From NCBI RefSeq assembly GCF_000172995.2, contig NC_014729.1, positions 870,001 through 902,000 on the forward strand: DNA of 32,000 nt, written 5' to 3'. This document shows positions 1-8,923 of this stretch, piece by piece. The position numbers and the translations under genes were made by a program. Numbering within the stretch: the stretch's first letter is position 1; each line of letters opens with the position of its first letter. The notes beneath the pieces were generated by a model that was not told the origin of the DNA, did not search any database, and saw only the letters and a program-made list of their open reading frames with translations. This stretch comes from Halogeometricum borinquense DSM 11551. GTDB lineage: Archaea > Halobacteriota > Halobacteria > Halobacteriales > Haloferacaceae.

Positions 1-216
1 TATGGATGGCCTGAACGGCATCTTTTGCTTGATATCTCAACCGTCGTCGGCAAAACCTTCTCGGGCGTCTGCGCCGCGTGAATCGCAGGTGCAGTCGTTG
101 CAGTGCGGATTATAGTACACTGGACGCGACACGGGAATTCATTGGCTGTGTGAGCCGATTTGCTGGCTCAGCAAATCGGGGGACCGCTCTTAGGCGTTGA
201 TTGCTTACTCTGGAAT

Positions 217-609
217 ATGTTCGAACGCTCATCGCTCGGAAGCCAACTCAAACAGGATCTACTGAATAATCTCTCGGTCAGTATCACCGCCGCCGTTCTC
301 GCGGTTCTCGCACTCGCTGCGCTCACAGCAACTGACCCAGTCGGTGGCGCGCTCTTTCTCGCCGTGAACATTGCCGTCTTCATCCCGTATGCCTACGAAG
401 CCTATTGGCCGGTTGAATACGACTCACTCCCCGCGGCCGTGTGGACCGTCTCTGCTGCACTCATCACCGCGGGACTCTACATCGGTTTCCACGTACTCTT
501 CGAGCAATTCGTCTCACCGGAGTTCGTGGAGGTAGCCGCGTTCATCGGAACCGTTGGTGTCCAGTACGGGATTACTGCGCTCTACGCCAGCGTCCGGAAT
601 ACGACATAA
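217..609 (+). CDS. Small integral membrane protein (hypothetical), 3-4 predicted TM helices
   Basis: The ORF track gives 160..609 from a TTG. The first ATG in frame is at 217 (MFERSS...). Hydrophobic stretches are AAVLAVLALAALTA, ALFLAVNIAVFIPYA, AAVWTVSAALITAGLYIGFHVLF and AAFIGTVGVQYGITALYA. I recognise no family. Confidence 0.5.
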   Translation: MFERSSLGSQLKQDLLNNLSVSITAAVLAVLALAALTATDPVGGALFLAVNIAVFIPYAYEAYWPVEYDSLPAAVWTVSAALITAGLYIGFHVLFEQFVSPEFVEVAAFIGTVGVQYGITALYASVRNTT

Positions 610-873
610 CGATCACGCGTGACAGATGGCAGGCACGCTCAGCGAGACCGCGGCGACCAGCAAGTGAGTTGACGCTCGGAGATGTATGCAGGGAGATATC
701 GCTGGAGCAGGAGACAATCCGTTCATCAGTCGGACCGACCGACGAATATTCAGCGGGGCCGACGAGTGACAGAGAATCAGCGGACTGAGCAGATACTCTC
801 CCTTCTTGATGCTGTACTGTTCCGGGATACGAACCCGAATATAAAACTAAGTAGATAATTCACGGAATCAGAA

Positions 874-881
874 CAGTTATC
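874..881 (+). promoter_or_regulatory. TATA-like element (AGTTATCT) about 26-29 nt upstream of the ATG at 906
   Basis: It lies in the AT-rich stretch 838-900, in an otherwise GC-rich window. The spacing fits a leaderless or short-leader haloarchaeal promoter. The match to the consensus is weak. Confidence 0.3.
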
Positions 882-905
882 TACAACGATAATTTGAGGA
901 GAGTA

Positions 906-2387
906 ATGCGTATTCGCATCGCTCTTGTCGCTTTCCTACTCTTGCTCGCGGGGTGTTCAGGAACTGACCCGTTCGCGGGCGAGCCATCAAGTGAGATCGC
1001 GAAAACGACGGTCCCATCCACCGAAAAAACGAGAGCACCATCACCGACGGACGCCGCGACCCCGACCAGCGAACCAGCGACCGACCGCGTCAATCCGTGG
1101 GGTCACGAGAATGTGAGCGTCGCCGTCAGCGCTGACCTCGGAACATACGGCTACGGCACGTTTCACGAAGAGATCAGGACAGCACTCGAATACTGGAATA
1201 CCCGAGAAAACACGTCATATCCCGTTCAGTACGAACTGACGAACACGACGTACGACGCCGACATCGTCGTCAACGTTGAACCGCGAGTGAACACCTGCAA
1301 CGGACGAAGAGCCGCGTATTCGTTCGATTACTGCTCGGATGTTCTCTCGGCGGAGGACAGCATCGACTCACAAATCGATGTCTCGATGACCGGTCGGTAC
1401 GACGAGAACGAAACGAGACAGGTCGCAAAGCGGATGTTTGCCGGTCTGTCCGGCACGAAAGACGCCGAAGCGTCCGTCGAACCAGACCCGAACGGGACGC
1501 CGTGGCCGTGGCAGTCAACCGTGACAGTCGGAATCAACGCCAGCGCCGGCGGTAACCGAGACTACAAACCGTTCGTCGCAGAGACTATCGCCTACTGGGA
1601 GAAGAATCAGGACGAGTACGGCGAGTACACAACTGATTTCGAACTTCGTCCGAACGAGCCCTCCCCCGACGTCGAGGTGCGTATCGTCGAATCGATTCCG
1701 AACTGCGGAAAGAACGACAATTCGACCTCCGACGCGCTCGGTTGTGCCTCGGTACTGGACGACGGTGCCCACGCGAGCGATACCGAAGTTGTCAGAATCA
1801 TGTACGACCAGTCCGATGAAAGCATCGTCCAGACGATGAAACACGAGTTCGGCCACCTCTACGGCCTCGAACACGGGGAAGGACCAATGCCACTCATGGA
1901 CGAAACGTATCGCAGTGAAACGCTCCCGCGGCCGAACGCCACCGAACGCCCCCTGCCATGGCGGTCGAACACTCTCTCAGTGTACGTGGATTACTCGAAC
2001 ATCACCGACTCCGACAGCGAACAAGTCGAACGAGAAATCCGTGACGCGACCGACTACTATGAAGCAGGCGCGGAGGGCTACGTGCCGGGGAATCTAACGT
2101 TCGAGTACGTCTCTGACCCCGCAGAGGCCGACATCACGATTCGATTCTACAATACGTTCGCGTCGGGGACCGGAGAGTCTCGCCTTTCGGCGTCGGGAGA
2201 GGACACGGACGGTGACGGAGCACTGGAGTTCTACACGACGGGAACGATTTACATTACGGATATCTATCACGACCGGGTAGGCTGGCACGTCGGAGCTAAC
2301 CTGGGCAGTCTCATGGGGGCGAAGTCGCACTCAGACCTCCCGCCGCCGTTCGACGGGTCGGATGACAACAGAGACGACTGGAACTGA
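906..2387 (+). CDS. Secreted lipoprotein, metzincin-type zinc metalloprotease (matrixin/M10-like) with three related modules
   Basis: Signal peptide plus lipobox: MRIRIALVAFLLLLAGC|SG. A Thr/Pro/Ser/Glu-rich linker follows. The extended zinc motif HEFGHLYGLEH (HExxHxxGxxH, nt 1842-1874) is followed by PLM (Met-turn-like). There are many N-x-S/T sequons. The start is moved from the track's 894 to the ATG at 906. Confidence 0.75.
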   Translation: MRIRIALVAFLLLLAGCSGTDPFAGEPSSEIAKTTVPSTEKTRAPSPTDAATPTSEPATDRVNPWGHENVSVAVSADLGTYGYGTFHEEIRTALEYWNTRENTSYPVQYELTNTTYDADIVVNVEPRVNTCNGRRAAYSFDYCSDVLSAEDSIDSQIDVSMTGRYDENETRQVAKRMFAGLSGTKDAEASVEPDPNGTPWPWQSTVTVGINASAGGNRDYKPFVAETIAYWEKNQDEYGEYTTDFELRPNEPSPDVEVRIVESIPNCGKNDNSTSDALGCASVLDDGAHASDTEVVRIMYDQSDESIVQTMKHEFGHLYGLEHGEGPMPLMDETYRSETLPRPNATERPLPWRSNTLSVYVDYSNITDSDSEQVEREIRDATDYYEAGAEGYVPGNLTFEYVSDPAEADITIRFYNTFASGTGESRLSASGEDTDGDGALEFYTTGTIYITDIYHDRVGWHVGANLGSLMGAKSHSDLPPPFDGSDDNRDDWN

Positions 2388-2520
2388 GTAACTGTCCGCG
2401 GTCGTTGAGGGTCAATCACGAAAGGACGTCACCACGCCGCTCGGCCTACTCTCGATGACGTTAGTTGTTCATACCGCCGGTCCCGAAAGCGAGCGCAAAA
2501 GGCGGGAGAAACTCGCGCAG

Positions 2521-4272
2521 TTACCGCTTTGCGCCCGGATTCGTCACCGCACCGTTCGCGGCGGAACCAAAGTCGTTGGCGTACTTCGCCAGCACACCTG
2601 AGGAGTACGGTGGGTCACGCGGTTCCCAGTCGTCCCGCCGCGCGTCGAGTTCGTCGTCCGGGAGGTCAACCGACAGTTCGCGGTTCGGGATGTCTACCGT
2701 GACCTCGTCGCCGTCTTCGAGGAGAGCGATAGGGCCGCCGACTGCCGCTTCGGGGGCGACGTGACCGACCATCGGCCCGCGCGTCGCGCCGGAGAACCGA
2801 CCGTCCGTCAGGAGTGCCACGTCGTCTTCGTGACCCTGCCCGACGACGGCGGCGGTGACGCCGAGCATCTCGCGCATTCCGGGACCGCCTTTCGGTCCCT
2901 CGTTGCGGATACAGATGACATCGCCCGACTCGATGTGGCCCTCTTGGACGTAGCGCATCGCCTCCTCTTCGCCCTCGAAGACGCGTGCGGGACCGGTGTG
3001 GTGGAATTTGTCGTCGCCGGTGACCTTGAGGACGGCACCGTCGGGTGCGAGGTTGCCGGTAAGAATCTTGATGGCTCCTTCCTCTTGGTAGGGGTCGTCT
3101 ACAGGGTAGATAAACTCGTCAGACACCTCGCTGTCGTCGGGTAATTCGAGGTGTTCGAGTTCCTCCGCAATCGTGCGACCGGTGACGGTCATCGCGTCAC
3201 CGTGGAACAGTCCGGCATCGAGGAGACGGCGAATGACGACCGGGAGGCCGCCCTCCTCGTGCAGGTCGTTCATGACCTTCGTCCCGCCGGGTTGGAGATT
3301 CGCAATCTTCGGCGTCCGACGCGAAATTTCGTCGAACTCCTCGATAGAGAGATCGACATCCGCTTCAGCCGCAAGTGCGAGCAGATGGAGGACGGCGTTC
3401 GTCGAACCGCCGACGGCGACTTGGATAGCAATCGCGTTCTCGAACGACTTCTTCGTCAGGATGTCCGATGGACGCAGATCGTTCTCGACGGCTTGGAGGA
3501 CCGCTTCGCCGGCGCGTCGGGCAACGTCGTACCGCTCTTTGGATTCGGCGGGAGCCGACGCGGATCCGAGAGGGGCCATGCCGAGCGCTTCCGAGATAGA
3601 GGCCATCGTATTGGCGGTGAACATCCCGCCGCAGGACCCGGCACCGGGGCAGGCGTTCCGTTCCATTTCGTCGAGTTCGTCGGCGCTCATCTCACCCTCG
3701 GCGTAGGTGCCGACACCCTCGAAGACGTTCTGGACAGTGATGTCACGGCCCTCGTGTTCGCCGGGCATGATAGACCCGCCGTAGAGGAAGACGGAGGGGA
3801 GGTCGGTGCGGATCGAGGCCATCATCATCCCGGGGAGGTTCTTGTCGCACCCGGCAACGGTGACGAGCGCATCCAGTCGTTCGCCGAACGCGACCAATTC
3901 TACGGAGTCAGCGATGACCTCACGGGAGATGAGCGATGCCTTCATCCCCTCTGTCCCCATGGAGATGGCGTCCGAGATAGTGATCGTGCCGAACTCGATA
4001 GGCATCCCGCCCGATTGGTCAATTCCTTCGATAGCGGCGTCGGCAACGTCGTCGAGGTGGACGTTACAGGGCGTGATGTCCGCGGCAGGGTTGGCGACAC
4101 CGACCATCGGTGACCCGAGATCTTCGTCGTCGAATCCCATCGCTCGGAACATCGCGCGGTGTGGGGCGCGGTCTGCGCCTTCCGTCACCTCCGAACTACG
4201 GAGGTTCGCGTCTTTCCCGCTGGAGAAGGGGTCCTCGTCTCCCTCCGTCTCGCGGCGTTTCTGACTACTCAT
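2521..4272 (-). CDS. ilvD: Dihydroxy-acid dehydratase
   Basis: 583 aa. The N-terminus is ...[28 protein letters not shown]..., and the ILVD/EDD-family blocks [23 protein letters not shown] and [15 protein letters not shown] are present. Confidence 0.95.
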   Translation of the reverse strand: MSSQKRRETEGDEDPFSSGKDANLRSSEVTEGADRAPHRAMFRAMGFDDEDLGSPMVGVANPAADITPCNVHLDDVADAAIEGIDQSGGMPIEFGTITISDAISMGTEGMKASLISREVIADSVELVAFGERLDALVTVAGCDKNLPGMMMASIRTDLPSVFLYGGSIMPGEHEGRDITVQNVFEGVGTYAEGEMSADELDEMERNACPGAGSCGGMFTANTMASISEALGMAPLGSASAPAESKERYDVARRAGEAVLQAVENDLRPSDILTKKSFENAIAIQVAVGGSTNAVLHLLALAAEADVDLSIEEFDEISRRTPKIANLQPGGTKVMNDLHEEGGLPVVIRRLLDAGLFHGDAMTVTGRTIAEELEHLELPDDSEVSDEFIYPVDDPYQEEGAIKILTGNLAPDGAVLKVTGDDKFHHTGPARVFEGEEEAMRYVQEGHIESGDVICIRNEGPKGGPGMREMLGVTAAVVGQGHEDDVALLTDGRFSGATRGPMVGHVAPEAAVGGPIALLEDGDEVTVDIPNRELSVDLPDDELDARRDDWEPRDPPYSSGVLAKYANDFGSAANGAVTNPGAKR

Positions 4273-4390
4273 ACCGGACTCTATCCGTCTGTGCCCTTAA
4301 AGTGCCGCGACCGAACAGAAGTTGCGGGTTCGTGGTTCGGCCGTCGGAAGTGAGTGCTACAGCCGTCAGAAGACGGACGCTCCGGCCGCC

Positions 4391-5080
4391 TCACTCTCGC
4401 CCGGCTAATCCGGCGATATGTGGCAGTTCGGGGACGAGTATCTCCTCGGCACCGAGTCGCGCCGCGTTTTCACTGCCGGGAAGACAGAAGACGGGCGTCG
4501 AATCGACGATACCGGCCATCGAACGGGTGGCGATGACGCGCGCTCCGATCTCCTCGTAGGAGAGCCGTCGGAACAGTTCGCCGAATCCGGGGAGCGTCTT
4601 CGTGGCGATGTCCGTGACGGCTTCGACGGTTACATCGTCCGGAGTGACACCAGTCCCGCCGGACGTGACGATGGCGTCCACGTCGTCACGGTCTACGAGA
4701 CGGTTTACCGTAGACTGGACGCCATCGAAATCATCTGCGACGAGTTCGCGGACAGTCACCTCGTGACCGTCGCCCTCGAACGCATCGACAAGAGCGTCGC
4801 CCGCGGTGTCCTCGTCGATTGACCGCGAAGAAGAGACGGTGACGACGGCGACACCTAGCGTTTCTACGTCGTGAGCGTGATGGTGGTCGTGGCTATCGTT
4901 TCCGTCGTGTCCGTGACCATGGTCGTGGTCACCGTGATTATCGTGACTATCGTGGTTGTCGTGTCCGTCCGTGTCGTCCGACTCGCCGTGTCCGCCTGTC
5001 TCGTCTGAGTCGCCGTGTCCGTCCGTGTCGTCCGACTCGCCGTGTCCGTGTTCGTTCACGGCCGCACGGTTCGGACTCAC
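4391..5080 (-). CDS. moaB: Molybdenum cofactor biosynthesis protein B (MoaB/MogA family) with a ~70-aa His/Asp-rich N-terminal extension
   Basis: The core is typical MoaB/MogA: VAVVTVSSSR...IVTSGGTGVTPDDVT...LPGFGELFR...PVFCLPGSENA. There is no in-frame ATG between the annotated start and the core, so the His-rich head appears to be translated. Confidence 0.85.
   Translation of the reverse strand: MSPNRAAVNEHGHGESDDTDGHGDSDETGGHGESDDTDGHDNHDSHDNHGDHDHGHGHDGNDSHDHHHAHDVETLGVAVVTVSSSRSIDEDTAGDALVDAFEGDGHEVTVRELVADDFDGVQSTVNRLVDRDDVDAIVTSGGTGVTPDDVTVEAVTDIATKTLPGFGELFRRLSYEEIGARVIATRSMAGIVDSTPVFCLPGSENAARLGAEEILVPELPHIAGLAGRE
4961..5041 (-). repeat. 3 x 27-nt in-frame tandem repeat encoding (G-E/D-S-D-D/E-T-D/G-G-H)3
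   Basis: Units are 4961-4987, 4988-5014 and 5015-5041. Units 1 and 3 are identical (gtgtccgtccgtgtcgtccgactcgcc) and unit 2 is diverged. The reverse complement translates to GESDDTDGH / GDSDETGGH / GESDDTDGH inside the moaB N-terminus. Confidence 0.9.
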
Positions 5081-5104
5081 GGGACAAAGTTCTCGCGCCC
5101 TTGG

Positions 5105-5893
5105 TCACTCGTCTAGTTCGATCCCGTCCATCGTGATCTCACTTGCGTCCGCAGAAAGTTCTTCAAACCGCCGTTCGGCCCACGAGTACGCAGTGTCTGT
5201 GTCGTTAACGATAACGCCGCGGATGCCGGTGTCGGTGTATACGACGACGCCGACTTCCGTCTCGGTTATCCACAGTCCGAACGAGAACGGAACATTACCC
5301 CGTGAAATCGTTATCCGGTCGTCTGTGAGTTGGGAGAGAAAGATATCTCGCGTACTGGGTGCGGCAATGAGTTGGTCGAGAACATCACTGTCGAGCACCA
5401 TCTCAACGTCGGCATCGCTCGCTTTCGCAGCATCGTAGAACGGCTTGAGATGGCCGGAGAGGACCGCAGGTGCGACGCCGCGGAGGTGACATGCTCCTTC
5501 GATACTCTCGAAGAGTCGTTGGATGACGCCATCGGGCATCTCCGGCATCGTCGTGTACACGTCTGCACCGTCGAGAAACGCCGAATCGAGCGGCGTATCC
5601 GGTGGGAGACAGCCGAGAACACCCCTTGCACTGCTCACTTGTTGCATCCGTTCGTGGAACGCTTCGACGGCTTCGAGAGCGCACTCTCCGGCGAGCGTCG
5701 CTTCGTACCGGCCGTCTCGCTGTGTCACCAACCCGACATCAAGGAGTTCCCGGATCGCTCGATCAACCGTCGAACGCGAACTCTCGACAACCTCTGTCAA
5801 CTCGCGCTTGGAGTGTGCTTCGAGAACGACTGCACGAAGGACCTGCTCGCGGGAGAGAGCGATATCTTCGATTCGTCGCCCGTCATCCGCCAT
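5105..5893 (-). CDS. Winged-helix (ArsR/MarR-like HTH) transcriptional regulator with a C-terminal sensor-like domain
   Basis: The N-terminal wHTH is LSREQVLRAVVLEAHSKRELTEVVESSRSTVDRAIRELLDVGLVTQRDGRYEAT, followed by a ~170-aa C-terminal domain of the kind common in haloarchaeal regulators. The ATG at 5893 is preferred; the track starts at a GTG at 5911. It ends 24 nt upstream of moaB on the same strand. Confidence 0.7.
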   Translation of the reverse strand: MADDGRRIEDIALSREQVLRAVVLEAHSKRELTEVVESSRSTVDRAIRELLDVGLVTQRDGRYEATLAGECALEAVEAFHERMQQVSSARGVLGCLPPDTPLDSAFLDGADVYTTMPEMPDGVIQRLFESIEGACHLRGVAPAVLSGHLKPFYDAAKASDADVEMVLDSDVLDQLIAAPSTRDIFLSQLTDDRITISRGNVPFSFGLWITETEVGVVVYTDTGIRGVIVNDTDTAYSWAERRFEELSADASEITMDGIELDE

Positions 5894-6084
5894 TGCCTCC
5901 CCATCACACACGACAGGTATGAATATTATGACTCACTGACGTGAGAACGCAATTCTGTCGTTCGAGTATCCCGCCCAGCCATCACAGACGGCACGCCGTT
6001 CGGAAGAGTCGTCGCGTGTCGAACTAACGGAAAACTGTGTATCGGAGACACGGGCTTTTGACATCTCCGTGCGAGTGGGTGACT

Positions 6085-7125
6085 ATGAAGGCTGTGCAAT
6101 TTACCGAACACGGCGGGCGCGACGTCATCGAGTACGGCGACTACCCAGACCCGGAGGCCGAACGCGGTGAAGTCGTGGTGGATGTAAAGGCGGCCGCATT
6201 GAATCATCTCGACATCTGGACGCGACGCGGGATGCCGATTCTCGACTTAGAGATGCCGCACATCCCCGGCAGCGACATGGCAGGCGTCGTCCACGAAGTC
6301 GGTGAGGGTGTCACTCGCTTCGAACCCGGCGACCGAGTCGCACTCATCGCAGGTGTCGCCGGCGACGATACCGAGTTCTCGCGGAAAGGTGATCCGACGC
6401 TATCGCACGATTACCACCTCATCGGTGAACACGTCCGCGGCGTCCACGCCGAGTACGCGTGCGTCCCGGCATCCAATCTCGTCCCGGTTCCGGACGGCGT
6501 CGAGTGGGAAGTCGCAGGGTCGGCATCACTCGTCTTCCAGACGGCGTGGCGAATGCTCGTAGACAGAGGCGAACTCCGACCGGGCGAATCCGTTCTCGTC
6601 CTCGGCGCGTCGGGCGGTGTCGGTCACGCAGCAGTGCAGATTGCCGACCACGCGGGCGCGGAAGTGTACGCGACGGCATCGACAGACGAGAAACTGGCGT
6701 ACGCCGAGGAGTGCGGCGCAGACCACACTATCAACTACGCCGAGAACGACTTCGCCGCGGAGATCCGAGAGATGACCGACAAACGCGGCGTGGACATGGT
6801 CGTAGACCACATCGGCGAGGAGACGTACCAAGACTCACTGAAGAGTCTTCGAAAGGGTGGTCGCATCGTCACCTGCGGGGCGACGACAGGACCGAATCCG
6901 GACGCCGGATTAAACCGGATCTTCTGGAAGCAACTGTCAGTTATCGGTTCGACGATGGCGACGCCCGGACAGGCCGACGAGGCGTTAAAGCTGGTCTGGG
7001 ACGGCACCTTCGAACCCAGGATCCGTGACGTCCTCCCGATGAGCGAGGCGGCCCGCGCTCACGAGATGTTAGAAAACCGTGAGGGCTTTGGCAAGGTAGT
7101 GTTAATTCCCGATAGTGAACTCTGA
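6085..7125 (+). CDS. Zinc-type alcohol dehydrogenase / NADPH:quinone oxidoreductase family (MDR superfamily)
   Basis: MKAVQFTEHGG...VVVDVKAAALNHLD...HIPGSDMAGVV, plus the Rossmann motif LVLGASGGVGHAAVQIA. The ATG at 6085 is chosen over the track's 6037. Confidence 0.85.
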   Translation: MKAVQFTEHGGRDVIEYGDYPDPEAERGEVVVDVKAAALNHLDIWTRRGMPILDLEMPHIPGSDMAGVVHEVGEGVTRFEPGDRVALIAGVAGDDTEFSRKGDPTLSHDYHLIGEHVRGVHAEYACVPASNLVPVPDGVEWEVAGSASLVFQTAWRMLVDRGELRPGESVLVLGASGGVGHAAVQIADHAGAEVYATASTDEKLAYAEECGADHTINYAENDFAAEIREMTDKRGVDMVVDHIGEETYQDSLKSLRKGGRIVTCGATTGPNPDAGLNRIFWKQLSVIGSTMATPGQADEALKLVWDGTFEPRIRDVLPMSEAARAHEMLENREGFGKVVLIPDSEL

Positions 7126-7426
7126 GGACGACGAGACGAGCGGATACGTCCATCGACCTGGGTCGGGAGCCGGACACAAGTCCACCCGCGACGAACCCGA
7201 ACCGGCGGGATTCGGCACGAAAGGCTGGGGTCTTGTTGCCGTGTTAGTGCTGTGTACGCTCGTCATTCCGGGTGTCATCTACCTCGACCCGTCGGTGTTC
7301 GCATCTGTCGGCATCCCGTACAACATCGCACTCCTCGTCCTGCCGCTTCTCCCGGCAGGTGTACTCGGTCTCACCGCCGTCTGGTCGATGACGGGTGCGA
7401 CGAACGGTACTCCCGACGAAGACTGA
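7115..7426 (+). CDS. Small membrane protein (2 TM), hypothetical
   Basis: The GTG start at 7115 overlaps the end of the preceding oxidoreductase gene by 11 nt. An acidic/basic N-terminus is followed by WGLVAVLVLCTLVIPGVIYL and NIALLVLPLLPAGVLGLTAVW. Confidence 0.5.
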   Translation: MNSEDDETSGYVHRPGSGAGHKSTRDEPEPAGFGTKGWGLVAVLVLCTLVIPGVIYLDPSVFASVGIPYNIALLVLPLLPAGVLGLTAVWSMTGATNGTPDED

Positions 7427-7508
7427 TCTCGACCGCTCTGATTGTACGTCCATAAGTATGTTACCGACAAGCCTTATGTTACTCAATGGGTGACAGTCAC
7501 ATGCACAG

Positions 7509-7859
7509 ATGTTCGAACAGTTCTCAAGCGGATACTATCTGGGTCGCCTGTACGTCGAGCCGTACGATGGCGACGTGCCCGCGATACAGCGAGAAGACCA
7601 CACGCATGTCAACGAACGACTCTACGCCGAGGAGGAACTCGTTCGACTCGACATTCCACTCGTAATGAAACTCGACCAGGAGCATTTCCCGGTCGTCGGC
7701 AACGAGAACATCCCGTCAGGGACACTCGCTCTCCCGGAGGACTTCGCCGGGTCCGACCTCCCGGACGACAAAAGTGTCCTCCTCGCTAAACCTGACCGGG
7801 CAACCGAACTCCTGCGATACGCGGGGTACGACCTCGACAACGGGGCCGCACTCGCCTAA
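7509..7859 (+). CDS. Conserved-looking acidic cytosolic protein, function unknown
   Basis: 116 aa starting at an ATG (MFEQFSSGYYLGRLYVEPYDG...). The composition is acidic and haloarchaeal-like and there are no TM segments. I recognise the N-terminal motif as a haloarchaeal DUF-type family but cannot name it with certainty. Confidence 0.6.
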   Translation: MFEQFSSGYYLGRLYVEPYDGDVPAIQREDHTHVNERLYAEEELVRLDIPLVMKLDQEHFPVVGNENIPSGTLALPEDFAGSDLPDDKSVLLAKPDRATELLRYAGYDLDNGAALA

Positions 7860-7961
7860 CGCGACGGCCACCGCGGTACTGTTTTCGTAAACCACTCACG
7901 GCGAGTGTCGTCTCGATAAAGGCGCACGTTCAAGTACGCCGAGTCCGCCCGTCGTACCAAG

Positions 7962-8858
7962 ATGCTGGACGAGTTGCTGGGACGGGCGAAGCTCAAAGCG
8001 CGCATCGAGGAGTTAGAGGAGGAGAAACACCACCTCGAACGTCGCGCCGAAGCCGAGGAAGAGCGGCGCGCAGCGGCCGTCAAGGATCGGCAGGAAGCCG
8101 AAGCCGAGGTCAATCGACTCGAAGACCGCATTACGGAGTTAGAGGACCGAGTCAGCAGACTCGGCGGTGACGACGAAGCGGAACTCGACTACCGCGGTAC
8201 CGAGGACCTGTTCGGTGAGCGCCGCGACGAGATTCTCTCGCGTCTCGAATCGTTCTCGACCGGTCCTGAAGGCGCGTTCTCGGCCGTCGTCGGAGACGAT
8301 ATTCCAGACGAAGTGGCTGACGCGTTCGGCGACCGGAGCGCACTCGTCCGTCGGGCCGCCCCATGTCTCTGTCTCACCGACGACGCCGGACTCGTCTCTG
8401 TCGCACTCGATGCCCCCACACTTCCCGAGGAGTTCGCTACGTGGAACGACGAGTTTCGACTGGAGCGGTCGTGGTTCACGCCCGAAGAACCGGTTCGTGT
8501 TGCTCTCGTCCGGTCGGATCTGTTCGCAGTTGGTGTCTACGACGGTGAGTCGGTGACTCTCGTGGACGAAGTTGAGTCCGACGTGATGAACGCCCACTCG
8601 AAAGGCGGATTCTCGCAGGCCCGCTTCGAACGGCGACGTGACGAACAGGTGGAGAATCACCTCGACAGGGCGAAAGATGCGCTGGCCGCGAACGAGAACG
8701 CCGCCGACGGCCTCGTCGTCCTCGGGGAACGAACCGTTCTCGGAGACTTCCGAGCGATGGCAGACCACGTGGCGACAGTGGACGCCTCGGGCGACCCCGA
8801 AGACGCCCTTCGAGCGGCCGTTCGGGAGTTTTGGACAACTCGGCTGTACTGTCTTTGA
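7962..8858 (+). CDS. eRF1-like (Vms1/ANKZF1 VLRF1-type) putative peptidyl-tRNA hydrolase with an N-terminal coiled coil
   Basis: Residues 1-70 form a charged heptad-like coiled coil (KARIEELEEEKHHLERRAEAEEERR...). The C-terminal region ...VALVRSDLFAVGVYDG...NAHSKGGFSQARFERRRDEQVENHL...GLVVLGERTVLGDF matches the eRF1/Pelota central-domain pattern (eRF1: H-G-R-G-G-Q-S-x-x-R-F-x-R-L-R). GGFSQ (nt 8604-8618) replaces GGQ. Confidence 0.7.
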   Translation: MLDELLGRAKLKARIEELEEEKHHLERRAEAEEERRAAAVKDRQEAEAEVNRLEDRITELEDRVSRLGGDDEAELDYRGTEDLFGERRDEILSRLESFSTGPEGAFSAVVGDDIPDEVADAFGDRSALVRRAAPCLCLTDDAGLVSVALDAPTLPEEFATWNDEFRLERSWFTPEEPVRVALVRSDLFAVGVYDGESVTLVDEVESDVMNAHSKGGFSQARFERRRDEQVENHLDRAKDALAANENAADGLVVLGERTVLGDFRAMADHVATVDASGDPEDALRAAVREFWTTRLYCL

Positions 8859-8923
8859 ACTGATAGGCAGGAGGTGCCGAAACACTTGAAATTAAGCCAC
8901 CTGTGGTCATCGTTTCAGAGACG

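Noticed and set aside
609-905. A ~300-nt gap upstream of the metalloprotease as a possible small gene or RNA.
   Set aside because: It contains only very short or basic ORFs (for example a 13-aa MAGTLSETAATSK), and I could find no convincing helices or motifs. It is most simply a terminator and promoter region.
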